Shown piece after piece: positions 54,193 to 64,000 of a stretch of 64,000 nt of DNA (position 1 is its first letter; each line of letters begins with the position of its first letter). The notes below the pieces were generated by a model. That model was not told the DNA's origin. It did not search any database and saw only the letters and a list, made by a program, of their open reading frames with translations. Origin of the DNA: Naegleria gruberi (Eukaryota); assembly GCA_000004985.1 (NCBI GenBank), contig GG738858.1. One strand, given 5' to 3'. The position numbers and the translations under genes are program-made.

Positions 54193-55368
54193 ATGAGCAA
54201 ACCATTGTTGGTGGTGGAATTATCAAATGAAAGAAATCAAACGGAAGAGCATAATATTGGTGCTAGTAGTTCGGAAGGAATAAATTTGATATATGATAAA
54301 GTATCGGATGAATATTTTGTATTTCAAGATAATCAGGAACCAGAAGATTTAAAATACGAGTTGAGTCTTTTTGATAAATTTAGGAGTATTAAGGATTATT
54401 CAAATGCAATAACTTCAATATCCAAATGTATAGCCAAGTATCCGAATTATTTTTATTTGTATTATAAACAGGGATTTTTATTTAAATCCATATCTAGTAG
54501 ATCGATAGAAACAATTAGAAGTTGTAAGATGGCACTATTTCTTGCCTCTAGACAACGGAATATAGTTTGGAGTCTATTATTATCTGGTTTTATATTTGAA
54601 TTGGATAATCAGTTTAAAACAGCGAGTGAATATTATGAGAATGCACTTAAACTATCAAATGAAAAAACATTGCATTTACAGGATTTGTATTTTAGGATTG
54701 GTATGATAAAGGGCGATTTAGAGGATTATGTTTCTAGTATGGATTATTTCTACAAATCTTTGGAAATACAACAATCAACAGATCCAACAAAAATATTTTA
54801 CATGGGAATGTGTTACAATAATATTGGTTGGTGTTATAAGCAAATGGAAAATGATCAGAAATCTGTTGAATTTTATGAAAAGGCAATTCAGGTTTGCAAT
54901 GGAACTGCATCCTTGTTTTACTCGAACAAAATTAAAGCTCTGAAAAAATTGGAAAGAATTGATGAAGCTATTGAACATTGTGATGCTGCTGTGAAGGTAA
55001 CAATAGATCGCAGCTCTCTTAGTAGCTTGTATGCTGAGAAGGCCTTCCTCTATCATTTAAAGGATCAAAGAGATTTGGCAAGCGAATATTTCGACTTGGC
55101 AATGAAATACGACGAAAAGTTTTATTTTCCTTACCTTTATGCGAGTGTATCAAAGTTGACCAGATTGGGAACCTCAAATCAAAATAATAGACAACCAAAT
55201 GAATCACTCACAATTTTGGAGAAGGGAATTAATATTTGTGATGAAAAAATAGAGCTGGTGCAAATGTTGGTTTCTATTTATGAATTCTTGGGGGACACTG
55301 AGAGAGGAGAGTTTTACTCTAACAAACTCGTCCAGTTAAAAGCAGGCCTATTACAGAGAATTAGTTAA
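54193..55368 (+). CDS. TPR-repeat protein, 391 aa.
   Basis: Repeated 34-aa helical units with W/LG/Y/A/F/A/P-type spacing (e.g. IGWCYKQMENDQKSVEFYEKAIQV). Confidence 0.55.
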   Translation: MSKPLLVVELSNERNQTEEHNIGASSSEGINLIYDKVSDEYFVFQDNQEPEDLKYELSLFDKFRSIKDYSNAITSISKCIAKYPNYFYLYYKQGFLFKSISSRSIETIRSCKMALFLASRQRNIVWSLLLSGFIFELDNQFKTASEYYENALKLSNEKTLHLQDLYFRIGMIKGDLEDYVSSMDYFYKSLEIQQSTDPTKIFYMGMCYNNIGWCYKQMENDQKSVEFYEKAIQVCNGTASLFYSNKIKALKKLERIDEAIEHCDAAVKVTIDRSSLSSLYAEKAFLYHLKDQRDLASEYFDLAMKYDEKFYFPYLYASVSKLTRLGTSNQNNRQPNESLTILEKGINICDEKIELVQMLVSIYEFLGDTERGEFYSNKLVQLKAGLLQRIS

Positions 55369-55550
55369 GAAGTAAATTAATTTATTCGAAATCTCAATTA
55401 CGATTTGTCCACATTAGATCTGCAATATGGATATCTCGTTTATCATACAATCAAGCGACCAATAATCAATTGGTATTTCAATCTTGTTGCATGCGTGTTA
55501 ATTATCGAAATATTGTCAAGAATGAATCACAATGCAAATTAAGTTTGTGT

Positions 55551-56727
55551 TCACCTATATCTATCATCCACAGATCCTGACTTGACATAAATCACATTGT
55601 CCTCTCTTCTTGGAGATTGAGTTGGCAATGTTGGTTTGCTGCTACCTGATCCACAACACCCAGTGTTACCTTGTTTTTCAACCTTGGTTGTCTTGATTGT
55701 GTACGAGCTGGATGTTGTTGAGATAATGTCACCATTTAAAAAACTATCGGTATCATCACTGAATCTTGACTTTCCAGTTGGTGAAAGATAACCAAACTCT
55801 TGTCTTCTTCTCCTTCTATTACAGTCAATAAGTTTTTTCCCAACTACATAGAAAAGATCATCAATCCCTTCATTTTCTTTGGATGATGTTTCAACGTAGA
55901 CAGCATTAATACTTTTAGCATATTGAATCATGTCAAAGAATGGATGTCTTGGATCAGAATAGAGGCCAGTAAGTCCAAAAGATGCTTCTGATTGAGAATC
56001 ACATTCACTCAATGGTGATAATTGTGAACTTGCTTCTGAAATGCTTGTAATATTGCTTGAAGGAGCATTTGATCCTGTTAATGTTGACGAAAATGATGAA
56101 AGAGATCCAGTTCTATCAGCAGAGCTTACAACATTTTCCAAAGTGCTCCTATTCCTAGATGTATCTCTAATATAGTTTTTAATAAAAGTCCTCCATTCTG
56201 GTGTTTCTCTGAGTAAGTCAGTTTTTGTGCAATTAATTACAACTAGAATTTCCTCATCTGCATGATGTTGAAGATCCTTCACCCAGTTTTTCACATTCTC
56301 TGCAGTTTGTTTTCTCATACTATCAAAGCAAACTACTGCACATGCTGCTCCTCTATAATACATTGGTAACATGGATTTAAAGCGTTCCTGACCAGCAGTA
56401 TCCTATGATCCAATGAAAAATATTGTTTGTAAATTGAATTTGAATTAATTTCAATCATCACGAAATTATTTAATATCCAATAATCCATCAAGTTACTTAC
56501 CCACAATTGCAGAGAAATATAATCATTCTCACCATCTACTTTAAGTCTTCTCGTGGAAAATGTTGCTCCTATTGTTGGCGATTGCGATTTAAATTTACCA
56601 TGGTTGTATCTACACAAAATACACGTTTTTCCCTATAATTTGTTATTATTAGATTCATCACAAAACATACCACTCCAGAATCTCCTAAAAGAACAACCTT
56701 GTGAGTTTGTTCATTCCTCCTGCTCAT
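55551..56727 (-). CDS. Rab-family small GTPase with a long Ser/Thr-rich C-terminal extension. Exons 56727..56671, 56632..56501, 56402..55551; introns of 38 nt and 98 nt.
   Basis: Spliced product: VVLLGDSGV|GKTCILCRYNHGKFKSQSPTIGATFSTRRLKVDGENDYISLQLW|DTAGQERFKSMLPMYYRGAACAVVCFD. This carries the P-loop, switch I T, the WDTAGQE switch II and the RabF YYRGA motif. No terminal CC/CXC prenylation motif; internal GCCGSGSS instead. Confidence 0.8.
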
Positions 56728-57045
56728 TTTCTACAGTTTGTGATTCAATAAATATTAACTTTACTATTTGTTTTAATCTACTTGATCCATGGACGATAAA
56801 GTGGCGGTTGATGAATGTTGTTGGTCTCCTGAAGGAGTTATTGTAACCGCCAATTTTTTTTTTGAAAATCTTCCGTGTAACGTTCAAAGTAAGGTGGAAG
56901 TTTTTAAGCCAACATGAAAGCTGCAATAACCACAACAAGTGCAAGTTTAATGTTATGGAAAATAACTTAAATGAGTTGTGCAGCGCTACATTAATAATTC
57001 TTCTTTATTGATAAATTTATTTACAATTGTTGTTTGTAGTTAATC

Positions 57046-58192
57046 TTATTCATCACCAATACTGGAATAGAATAAAATGTAGCATGTTTCTGAAATACCA
57101 GAAAATGAGGATGCCTCATCGTGAGGGAAGCCAAATGTGGATTTTACATAATCTTCATCCACATTGGACACTTTATCATCATCAAAAAGGAACCACCTCT
57201 CTTCAGATCTAATTATACACTTGTAATGGCCACAATTTGGTCCTGAGCCAATGTGAACAACTGCTGCAAATAATTTGTAAGTTTTCACTTTCTCATCTTG
57301 CGACAGGTTTGGCAATTTAAAATCGAATGGGAAGGTTACTCGATATGATAACTTTTTAAAGTTATTATTCATATATTTGAATCTCTTCAATTGGATTGCA
57401 AGTACTTGGGGTTGTCTTTTGATTTTCATACTTGTTTGGGCTTCCTGGTGTGAACAGCAACGATCACAGTAAAATTTGTTATTGGATTTTAAAATTTGCA
57501 TTCCACTAAAGTTTTTTAAACATTGAGTAATTGAGGAATATTGTTGAACATCTACACTGAGATCTAGAAACGATTCTTCCCTACTAGTTACATTCTCACA
57601 CATGATACATCTCGTTTCATTTATCAAAGTTCCTTCAAATATGTCATGAATAAATGTTTTCAGTTTTTTTAGATCCTCATTATCATTTGTTTGTGATTCT
57701 TGATTTTTCAGTTCATGTTGTAAAATTTCCACAAAGTGATTTAGTAAATAATTGAGAAATTCTTGTGCATCTTGTTGCATTAGAGATTTAAACATTTCAT
57801 TATCCAGTCTCAATCTTTGTATGAATGCTTTTGGTCCCAAATATCCAGTCTTTTTCTTTTGATTATTTAACTGATAAAACAGATCAGCCAATGATACTAG
57901 TAAATTAGGTTCCGAATTTTGTGGTATTGTTTTATAGTAATTCAAGATGTGATTTCTAAATGGTTTGCAAAAATACAATGCCTGCAGAACACTATTAGCA
58001 TAACATGTATTTCCGAACTGAATTATGATCAAAATTATTATCAATCTATTTTGATGATCAACCTACATTCTCCAATCCAAAATACTTTTCATTTCCTTCA
58101 TCAATTTTTGTGTCTATTCTACGAGAATTCGTCAATGGTGTAGATCCATTCGGACCGTTTTGTGTCGATTCTGCAGTATTGGTATTTCCCAT
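57046..58192 (-). CDS. USP12: Ubiquitin carboxyl-terminal hydrolase, USP12/USP46 orthologue (365 aa). Exons 58192..58067 and 58017..57046; 49-nt intron with a GTAGGT donor.
   Basis: [33 protein letters not shown] matches human USP12/46 [33 protein letters not shown]. Collinear through the Zn-ribbon CxxC pairs. His box VVHIGSGPNCGHYKCIIRSEERWFLFDDD. Confidence 0.9.
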
Positions 58193-58301
58193 TTTTTATT
58201 TTTAAATTTATTTTAATAACTTCCTTGAGGAAATAAAGGCATTGATTTTTGCTAGAATATTACTCAACAAATTTAAATATTTAATTTTATAAATAAGAAA
58301 T

Positions 58302-60293
58302 TTAGTCAACCTTAATACTACCATAAATTGTTTTGACAAACCATAAAGAACAGAAGAATCCAACAGCACCAGTCAAAACAAAGAAGAAGTAACATAAAAT
58401 TGAACAATATCCGAAATAGAGAACTGTCATCATGAAAGTATCAATTTCAAGAGAAGTAAAGTAGTAGAAAGCAGAATAAAGGAAGAGGTACAATGCAGAG
58501 CTACCACTACTCAAGAAACTTCTCCACCACCAACGGTAGTCTTCATTACATAATTGGAAGTAAGCAAATACAACACTAATTTCAGCAGAAGTTACAACCA
58601 AAATAAGGAAGACAACAAATAAAAATCCAAACAAGTAATAATATTGGTGCAACCAAATGGAGCTCAAAATAAAGTAGGATTGAATGAAAACACTTCCAAA
58701 TGGCAATACACCTCCCATTAAAACAGAGATAACTGGATGCATGTAAATAGGTTGAACTGGGATTTGTCTAGGGATTTGCAAAGTCTTGACTGGAACTTCA
58801 ATTTCACTTGAACGGTTTCCAAAGAAAGCACCTACAACAACAAGTGGAACAGAGATTGCAAGCCACAAACCAAAGATTTCAAGAAGTGAAAGGAAAGGAA
58901 GGGCTGATGTAGAATGGACAGAAACCCAAACCAAAAAGTTAACAAAAGTGAAGAGGAACAATGGAATTGCTGGGAAAGCCAAAGCTGCCAAAAGTGAAAC
59001 TGTCTTCCATGATTTACCTTGGAACATCTTGTAGAGTCTCAAAGTGGTATATCCATTAATAATACCCATAAATGCAAACAAAACCAATATAACAGTTGGA
59101 AGTGAGCCTCTTGATTCCGGAGAAATGAAACCAACAAGGGCTAATAATAATGAAACAACCAAACAGCCCAATACTTGCATACCAGCTCCTGCGCTTAATG
59201 CCAACAATGTAGAATTCTTTGGAGTACGGAATACATCACCATGTACAAGCTTCCAACCAGTTTCATCACCTGGATCTTCTTCATCCTTTTCGTTATATAA
59301 ATTGATATCCTTTCTCAAAATTCTCAACATGATCATACCAACCATACCAGTCAAGAAGAAGACAATGAGCAATGAGTTGATAATTGAGAACCAGTGAATA
59401 CGATAGTCATCTGGATTTTCCTCAGTATTGACGTATGCGTCAAATCTAGATCCCCAAGCAATTGAGCTTTCTTTCCAAATAATAGAATAAGAGTATTGAA
59501 CATTCTTCAAGTTGTCATCAATAACTAATCTATCAAAATCATCTGGAAGTGGCTTATCACCAGTACAAGAAGATTCTGTGTGTTCAATACTGGTTGGATA
59601 AACTTCAGCACCAACAATAACTTGTTTACCATTCTTTCTAACATGGTAATACAACACAAAAGTAAAATGGTTGTTCAAATAATAATTAAATCCGACAGTT
59701 CCATCAGCAGATTGAATCTTTTCCTTACATCCCACAGGATAACCATCAGGTCTATAATACTTTGTAGATTTTTCTTGATTCAAAATTTCTTCCTTTGATG
59801 GTGGAGGATTTCCGCAGGAAGTATAACCTTGAAGATTAGCAAAAGGAAGTTGATCAACAACTAATTGTGCCAAATAATCTTCATCAATTTTTTCCTTCAA
59901 ATTTTTAATATCATCAGAGGTGATTTGGGAAGGACATTCTGTCTCCACACAAGAATCAGCTTTTCCATCACAAGAGGAAATTGAAGTCAATCTCTTGCAA
60001 ATAACATCTTTCTTAAATTCAACAGAATACACTGAGTTGTGGATACGATCACCGAGCAAATATTCTCCCAAGTTTTCTACATTATTTTTAATTTCCTTTG
60101 GTTTGCAATATGGCATAGAATAAAAATCAAAAGCCAAATTGTGAGTACTAGATAATTTCCTGGTTTTAATTTTTACAGTATTTCCTTCTTCATAATAATT
60201 ATCAGGTATTCCTGGTAGGAAAGCGTTAATGAAAGAAACAAAAACGAGTAATAACACTAGTTGGGTAATGAGAACGTTGATTGGTGCTCTCAT
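58302..60293 (-). CDS. TM9SF: Transmembrane 9 superfamily (nonaspanin) protein, second paralogue, 663 aa, intronless.
   Basis: Signal peptide. Large luminal domain. 9 TM helices. C-terminal ...KTIYGSIKVD, the same tail as the 38988 gene. Confidence 0.85.
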   Translation of the reverse strand: MRAPINVLITQLVLLLVFVSFINAFLPGIPDNYYEEGNTVKIKTRKLSSTHNLAFDFYSMPYCKPKEIKNNVENLGEYLLGDRIHNSVYSVEFKKDVICKRLTSISSCDGKADSCVETECPSQITSDDIKNLKEKIDEDYLAQLVVDQLPFANLQGYTSCGNPPPSKEEILNQEKSTKYYRPDGYPVGCKEKIQSADGTVGFNYYLNNHFTFVLYYHVRKNGKQVIVGAEVYPTSIEHTESSCTGDKPLPDDFDRLVIDDNLKNVQYSYSIIWKESSIAWGSRFDAYVNTEENPDDYRIHWFSIINSLLIVFFLTGMVGMIMLRILRKDINLYNEKDEEDPGDETGWKLVHGDVFRTPKNSTLLALSAGAGMQVLGCLVVSLLLALVGFISPESRGSLPTVILVLFAFMGIINGYTTLRLYKMFQGKSWKTVSLLAALAFPAIPLFLFTFVNFLVWVSVHSTSALPFLSLLEIFGLWLAISVPLVVVGAFFGNRSSEIEVPVKTLQIPRQIPVQPIYMHPVISVLMGGVLPFGSVFIQSYFILSSIWLHQYYYLFGFLFVVFLILVVTSAEISVVFAYFQLCNEDYRWWWRSFLSSGSSALYLFLYSAFYYFTSLEIDTFMMTVLYFGYCSILCYFFFVLTGAVGFFCSLWFVKTIYGSIKVD

Positions 60294-60334
60294 TTTTTTT
60301 TAATTATTCTTCTTACAAACGATGTATTACGTAA

Positions 60335-61471
60335 TCAATTTCCCACAACAGCCAACAAACCATCATCAAGAAGAGACTCATTGAGGAAGGGATGGGATAC
60401 ACTAATAAAAAACAAACTGGGCTCATTTGCAAGACCCACTATCTCCTTATCTGAGTTTGTGAGATAAAAAAGTTTCCCTGACTTTGATGTTAAAGCCATG
60501 ACCTTCCTGCTATTACAAACTCTGACAACCTCTTCATTGATTTTGTTGTTGAAACAGATTGTTACATCTTTAACCTTACCATCAACCCACTTAAAAAAGT
60601 AGTCTTTTTCGAGAAAGAGATTAAACTCACAACTTGATCTGACCAAAAACCAATCATCACAACAAATAAGAGAACAGGTAAGTAAAGGCAATGAATTTTC
60701 CATTGAAAATCCAAATTCCTTATTCAAGTCAAACTCTAGAAACACAGGAGTGTTTCCTCCATTCAAAACTCCAGACACAAAAATCTTTAGTTTCTTTGAG
60801 AAAGCAATTGAGTAGTATTGACCACATCCTATTTCTTGCAATTCTTTAACAGACATTTCCTTATTGATAATCAAGGCTTTTTGATTTTTTGTTTTTGTGT
60901 CTAGAAATAATTGGCCTTGGTTTTGCAACCCCGATACCATAAGCTGATCGTCGTCAGACAACATTAGAACGTGGTACATTCCTATGGCGATTTTTTGAAT
61001 AGATTTTCCACCAGGTATTTTAACTTCAGTAATGTTGTAAACATTAGAATTAGGGATAATTCCTAAACAACCTTCCTCATTGAACCCACAACCATAAACT
61101 TTACCCTGTTCCGTCAAGAAAAATGTTTGGTTGTAGCCACAAATAACAGATCTTAAGGGTTCTGATCTCTTATTAAAAAAATCGATTATTTCGAAATCGC
61201 ATTGTTTCTTCACTTCACACATACCAAGCTGCCCAAAGAAATTATTTCCACAACAATACAGAAGAGAACCTTGTCTAATAAAAGTATGAGATGAACCAGT
61301 TGAAATGCCGTCTATTGTTGAAATAGGCAGCTGCAAGATTTTTGGGCTTGATAACTTGGTCTTATTGTCTGATAACAGCTGCCCATCAGTGTTGTCTCCA
61401 TAAACAAGCAAGCTCTTTGAAGCACTACTTAACAATTCATCAACAAATGAATCTTCGAAATCAAAAACCAT
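60335..61471 (-). CDS. RCC1-like repeat protein (378 aa).
   Basis: Repeated YGDNTDGQLL / CGNNFFGQLG / CGFNEEGCLG blades typical of RCC1/RLD propellers. Confidence 0.55.
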   Translation of the reverse strand: MVFDFEDSFVDELLSSASKSLLVYGDNTDGQLLSDNKTKLSSPKILQLPISTIDGISTGSSHTFIRQGSLLYCCGNNFFGQLGMCEVKKQCDFEIIDFFNKRSEPLRSVICGYNQTFFLTEQGKVYGCGFNEEGCLGIIPNSNVYNITEVKIPGGKSIQKIAIGMYHVLMLSDDDQLMVSGLQNQGQLFLDTKTKNQKALIINKEMSVKELQEIGCGQYYSIAFSKKLKIFVSGVLNGGNTPVFLEFDLNKEFGFSMENSLPLLTCSLICCDDWFLVRSSCEFNLFLEKDYFFKWVDGKVKDVTICFNNKINEEVVRVCNSRKVMALTSKSGKLFYLTNSDKEIVGLANEPSLFFISVSHPFLNESLLDDGLLAVVGN

Positions 61472-61571
61472 TTTTTTTGATTAAATTAAGAAGCTTCTTT
61501 TTTAGATGAAAACCGTAGTTAATTGTAAAATCATCAGATTATTGGTATTACTGTTACCAAAGAAATAAAAA

Positions 61572-62057
61572 ATGAGCAATCTTGATTTGAACACGGCACT
61601 TATTTCCCCAATTTCAAATTCTTCTCCTGTTTTACGAAGGAATGATACAATACCAAGGGTTTCCATCATGGAGTCCTCTTTTTTGGAAGATATTTCAGAA
61701 ATTCATGAGGTTCCGATCAATAGAAACATAAATGATGAACTGAACAGTCTTCAACACGATCTTTCCAGAATTTCTCAAGGAAGAATATTTGACACAGGAC
61801 CAATTGATGAAATTATGCAAGATACAATATTTACAACCGAAGAAAGAAATGAAATTTATTTAAATGATAAGATAATTAACGATTTTTCATCACGAGTAAT
61901 GCTTGAAAATTATATTCTATCTAAATGTGAATCGGAACTTGACAATACAAAGAATAACAAAATTTGGAATGAAGATGTAAGAGAAAAATTTATTGGTACT
62001 GATGATTGGGATTACCTACATCATGATGAGCTCAAATCTGCCTTCAAAAAATTTTAA
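61572..62057 (+). CDS. Hypothetical 161-aa protein.
   Basis: aaaaATG context. No family recognised. Confidence 0.4.
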   Translation: MSNLDLNTALISPISNSSPVLRRNDTIPRVSIMESSFLEDISEIHEVPINRNINDELNSLQHDLSRISQGRIFDTGPIDEIMQDTIFTTEERNEIYLNDKIINDFSSRVMLENYILSKCESELDNTKNNKIWNEDVREKFIGTDDWDYLHHDELKSAFKKF

Positions 62058-62076
62058 TTTTACTTATTTACAATTA

Positions 62077-63573
62077 TTATCGAATACTTCTCATGTTTCT
62101 TGGAGCAGTTGATAAAACAGATTGATGTTCTGAAGGTATGGATTTTTCTGAAAGAGTGTTTGGGCTGAATACTTTCCAAAATCTCAAAGTTTCATCACCT
62201 GCAGCACTTACTACAGTTGTCCCATCAGGACTTTGAGCCATGTGTAATACTCTACTTTTATGACCAGTCAATTCGGCAACTTTTACGAGAGAAGGATACT
62301 TCCAAACACACAACTGGTTTTGTGAAAATCCATGAGATGAGATAATTTCTCTATCATTCTTTGACCAAATAATTGAGCACACTTGAGAATTGGTATCAAT
62401 AGTATTAAGTAATGTACCTGATTGGGTATTCCAAAACATCATCTTTCTGTCACTTGTTCCTCCTCCAGAAGCCAATAAATTATTTTGCCAAGGACACCAT
62501 GCCAAGGCTTTAACTGCAGCCACATGCTCTCTCAATGAAAACTTTGGAAGAACCTCATTTTGAGTTAAAATCAAGCTCTTATCCCAAATATTCAATATAT
62601 TATCATTTGCTCCACTAGCCAATTGATTTCCATCAGGAGACCATTTCAAACCACAAACCTCAAAGTCTTGATGGGCACTTTGTGTTGTCAATAAATGTTT
62701 GGCTTGTCTTACATCATGGGATAATATTTTACCATCTTTGCCTCCACTTGACAAAATGTAAGAATTCCAAGATAGAGAGCAAACTCTTTGGGTATGACCT
62801 TTCATTGTTCTGATTTGCTTACTTCTGGATACATCCCATATTTGAACATCGTTGTAATTTGTTCCAACAGCCAAAAAACTACCATCTTCTGACCAGGACA
62901 CACTCGTAACATAATTATCTTGTTGAGAGCAGGACATCAACTTATTGATTTCACACGTTTCACCATTCCATAAATATACACTGTCACATAATGAAACAGC
63001 TAGTATGTTATTTTGATTCCAATCCAATAGATTGAGATAGTAATCATCAATCATACCTGGAGCATCCAAAACCTTATCTGGAGTTTGAGGAATATGTCTG
63101 GAAGAAACTTGTTTTCGTTGACTTGTAGAAGTGGTAGTTGTTCCAGGGAATATTTTGTTTTGAGAATAAAGTACACGTAGATTATTGTTCCAATCAGCAG
63201 GTGCCTTTGGAGCTTTTTCAGTAAGGGCCAGGATTTTTGCATCCTTTACTTTCTTACCATCAAACAATCGTTGCTCTAATATCTTGTTATGTAGATTTTC
63301 CTTGTCACCTTCGGAAACACTCATATCTTCATCATCCTCCATTTGATTGTTAATTAAATTATACTTGCAAATGTCCATGTCTTGTGAAGTCCTTCTAGAG
63401 GGAATAAATCTCTGATCAATATTGCTAGTACTACTACTACCATCGATATCAAGTGTTGTGGAAGAGAGTGTCTTTTGTTTTTGCTTTCTCTTCCATCTTG
63501 GTTCGTATACTGAAGAAAGATCTGAAGTTAAATCGTCATTAATATCGGCCGAGTCTTCAAAGTGGTAGGACAT
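62077..63573 (-). CDS. CDC20: CDC20/Fizzy-family APC/C co-activator (WD40), 498 aa.
   Basis: C-box DQRFIPSRR. KEN box GDKENLHN. Seven WD40 repeats. C-terminal IR tail (..RNMRSIR*). Confidence 0.85.
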   Translation of the reverse strand: MSYHFEDSADINDDLTSDLSSVYEPRWKRKQKQKTLSSTTLDIDGSSSTSNIDQRFIPSRRTSQDMDICKYNLINNQMEDDEDMSVSEGDKENLHNKILEQRLFDGKKVKDAKILALTEKAPKAPADWNNNLRVLYSQNKIFPGTTTTSTSQRKQVSSRHIPQTPDKVLDAPGMIDDYYLNLLDWNQNNILAVSLCDSVYLWNGETCEINKLMSCSQQDNYVTSVSWSEDGSFLAVGTNYNDVQIWDVSRSKQIRTMKGHTQRVCSLSWNSYILSSGGKDGKILSHDVRQAKHLLTTQSAHQDFEVCGLKWSPDGNQLASGANDNILNIWDKSLILTQNEVLPKFSLREHVAAVKALAWCPWQNNLLASGGGTSDRKMMFWNTQSGTLLNTIDTNSQVCSIIWSKNDREIISSHGFSQNQLCVWKYPSLVKVAELTGHKSRVLHMAQSPDGTTVVSAAGDETLRFWKVFSPNTLSEKSIPSEHQSVLSTAPRNMRSIR

Positions 63574-63806
63574 TTTTTTTTCAGTTAACTTTTTAAATTT
63601 TTTTGGAGGGAAATTTAAAAGTTAAAAAAAAGCGTAACGGTTGTTTTTCAATATTACAAATGGGAATTAAATACTACAAGAAGAAACCTCAATATTCTTG
63701 CAAGCATTGTAATCTGCAAATATTTAAATAGAATTATTCTGTTAAAATCGTAGTTGTATGAACTTGTGCACCACTGCACATCAAACTACAATTAATAATC
63801 TAAAAA

Positions 63807-64000
63807 AATGTCTAGGAAGGAGGTAGAGGAAATTCTACGAACAGAAAATGAAATTAATGAGGCTACCAAGGAGCTAAAAAAACTAACAGAGAATAACAAC
63901 AAACAAAAAGAAATAATACCAGTAAAAGAGGAGCAAAAAGTTATTGAAAAAGAAAAACCACTCTCAAGAAGCATTAAGGAGAGGAAAGAACTGAGTGAGT
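63807..64000 (+). CDS. 5' part of a Lys/Glu-rich coiled-coil protein. The gene continues beyond the window.
   Basis: aaaaaaATG start and an open frame to the window end. Confidence 0.3.

Noticed and set aside
1-64000. Search for CRISPR arrays, prophage or transposon termini, long terminal or inverted repeats, and operon-like prokaryotic structure.
   Set aside because: None seen. The only repeats are short coding microsatellites (polyGln/Asn, KEHK). The sequence is eukaryotic throughout.

Overview
This is eukaryotic nuclear DNA: AT-rich, gene-dense (about 40 protein genes in 64 kb on both strands), with spliceosomal GT..AG introns and 'aaaaATG' start contexts. It is not prokaryotic; I found no CRISPR arrays, operons or transposons. 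Most genes are intronless. The introns I could model fall into a tiny class of 38-49 nt and a second class of 78-128 nt, almost all with GTATGT or GTAAGT donors. The gene content is a flagellate-type kinesin-14, a divergent chaperonin-like protein, pentatricopeptide-repeat (PPR) gene remnants, many GPCR/RGS/Rab/RhoGAP/LRR/MORN signalling genes and a dispersed 5S rRNA gene. Together with the codon usage, this suggests a free-living protist such as a heterolobosean amoeboflagellate (Naegleria-like), or possibly an amoebozoan; this is inference only. Genes I recognised from motifs read directly in the translations are listed in the features. The most unusual item is a 1.8 kaa adhesion-GPCR-like receptor whose C-terminal RGS box is split by a 42-nt intron. 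It combines an RCC1-like propeller, EGF repeats, a GPS autoproteolysis motif, seven transmembrane helices and an intracellular RGS domain. Other points worth a second look are listed in the findings: a chaperonin-like protein with a degenerate ATP motif, a solo 5S rRNA gene, a disrupted PPR gene with a possible DYW-like tail, a P450 apparently lacking its heme cysteine loop, a likely RhoGAP-MORN fusion, convergent genes whose stop codons overlap (TTAA), and tandem genes separated by only 41 nt. All intron coordinates come from manual splice-site reading and remain provisional without RNA evidence.
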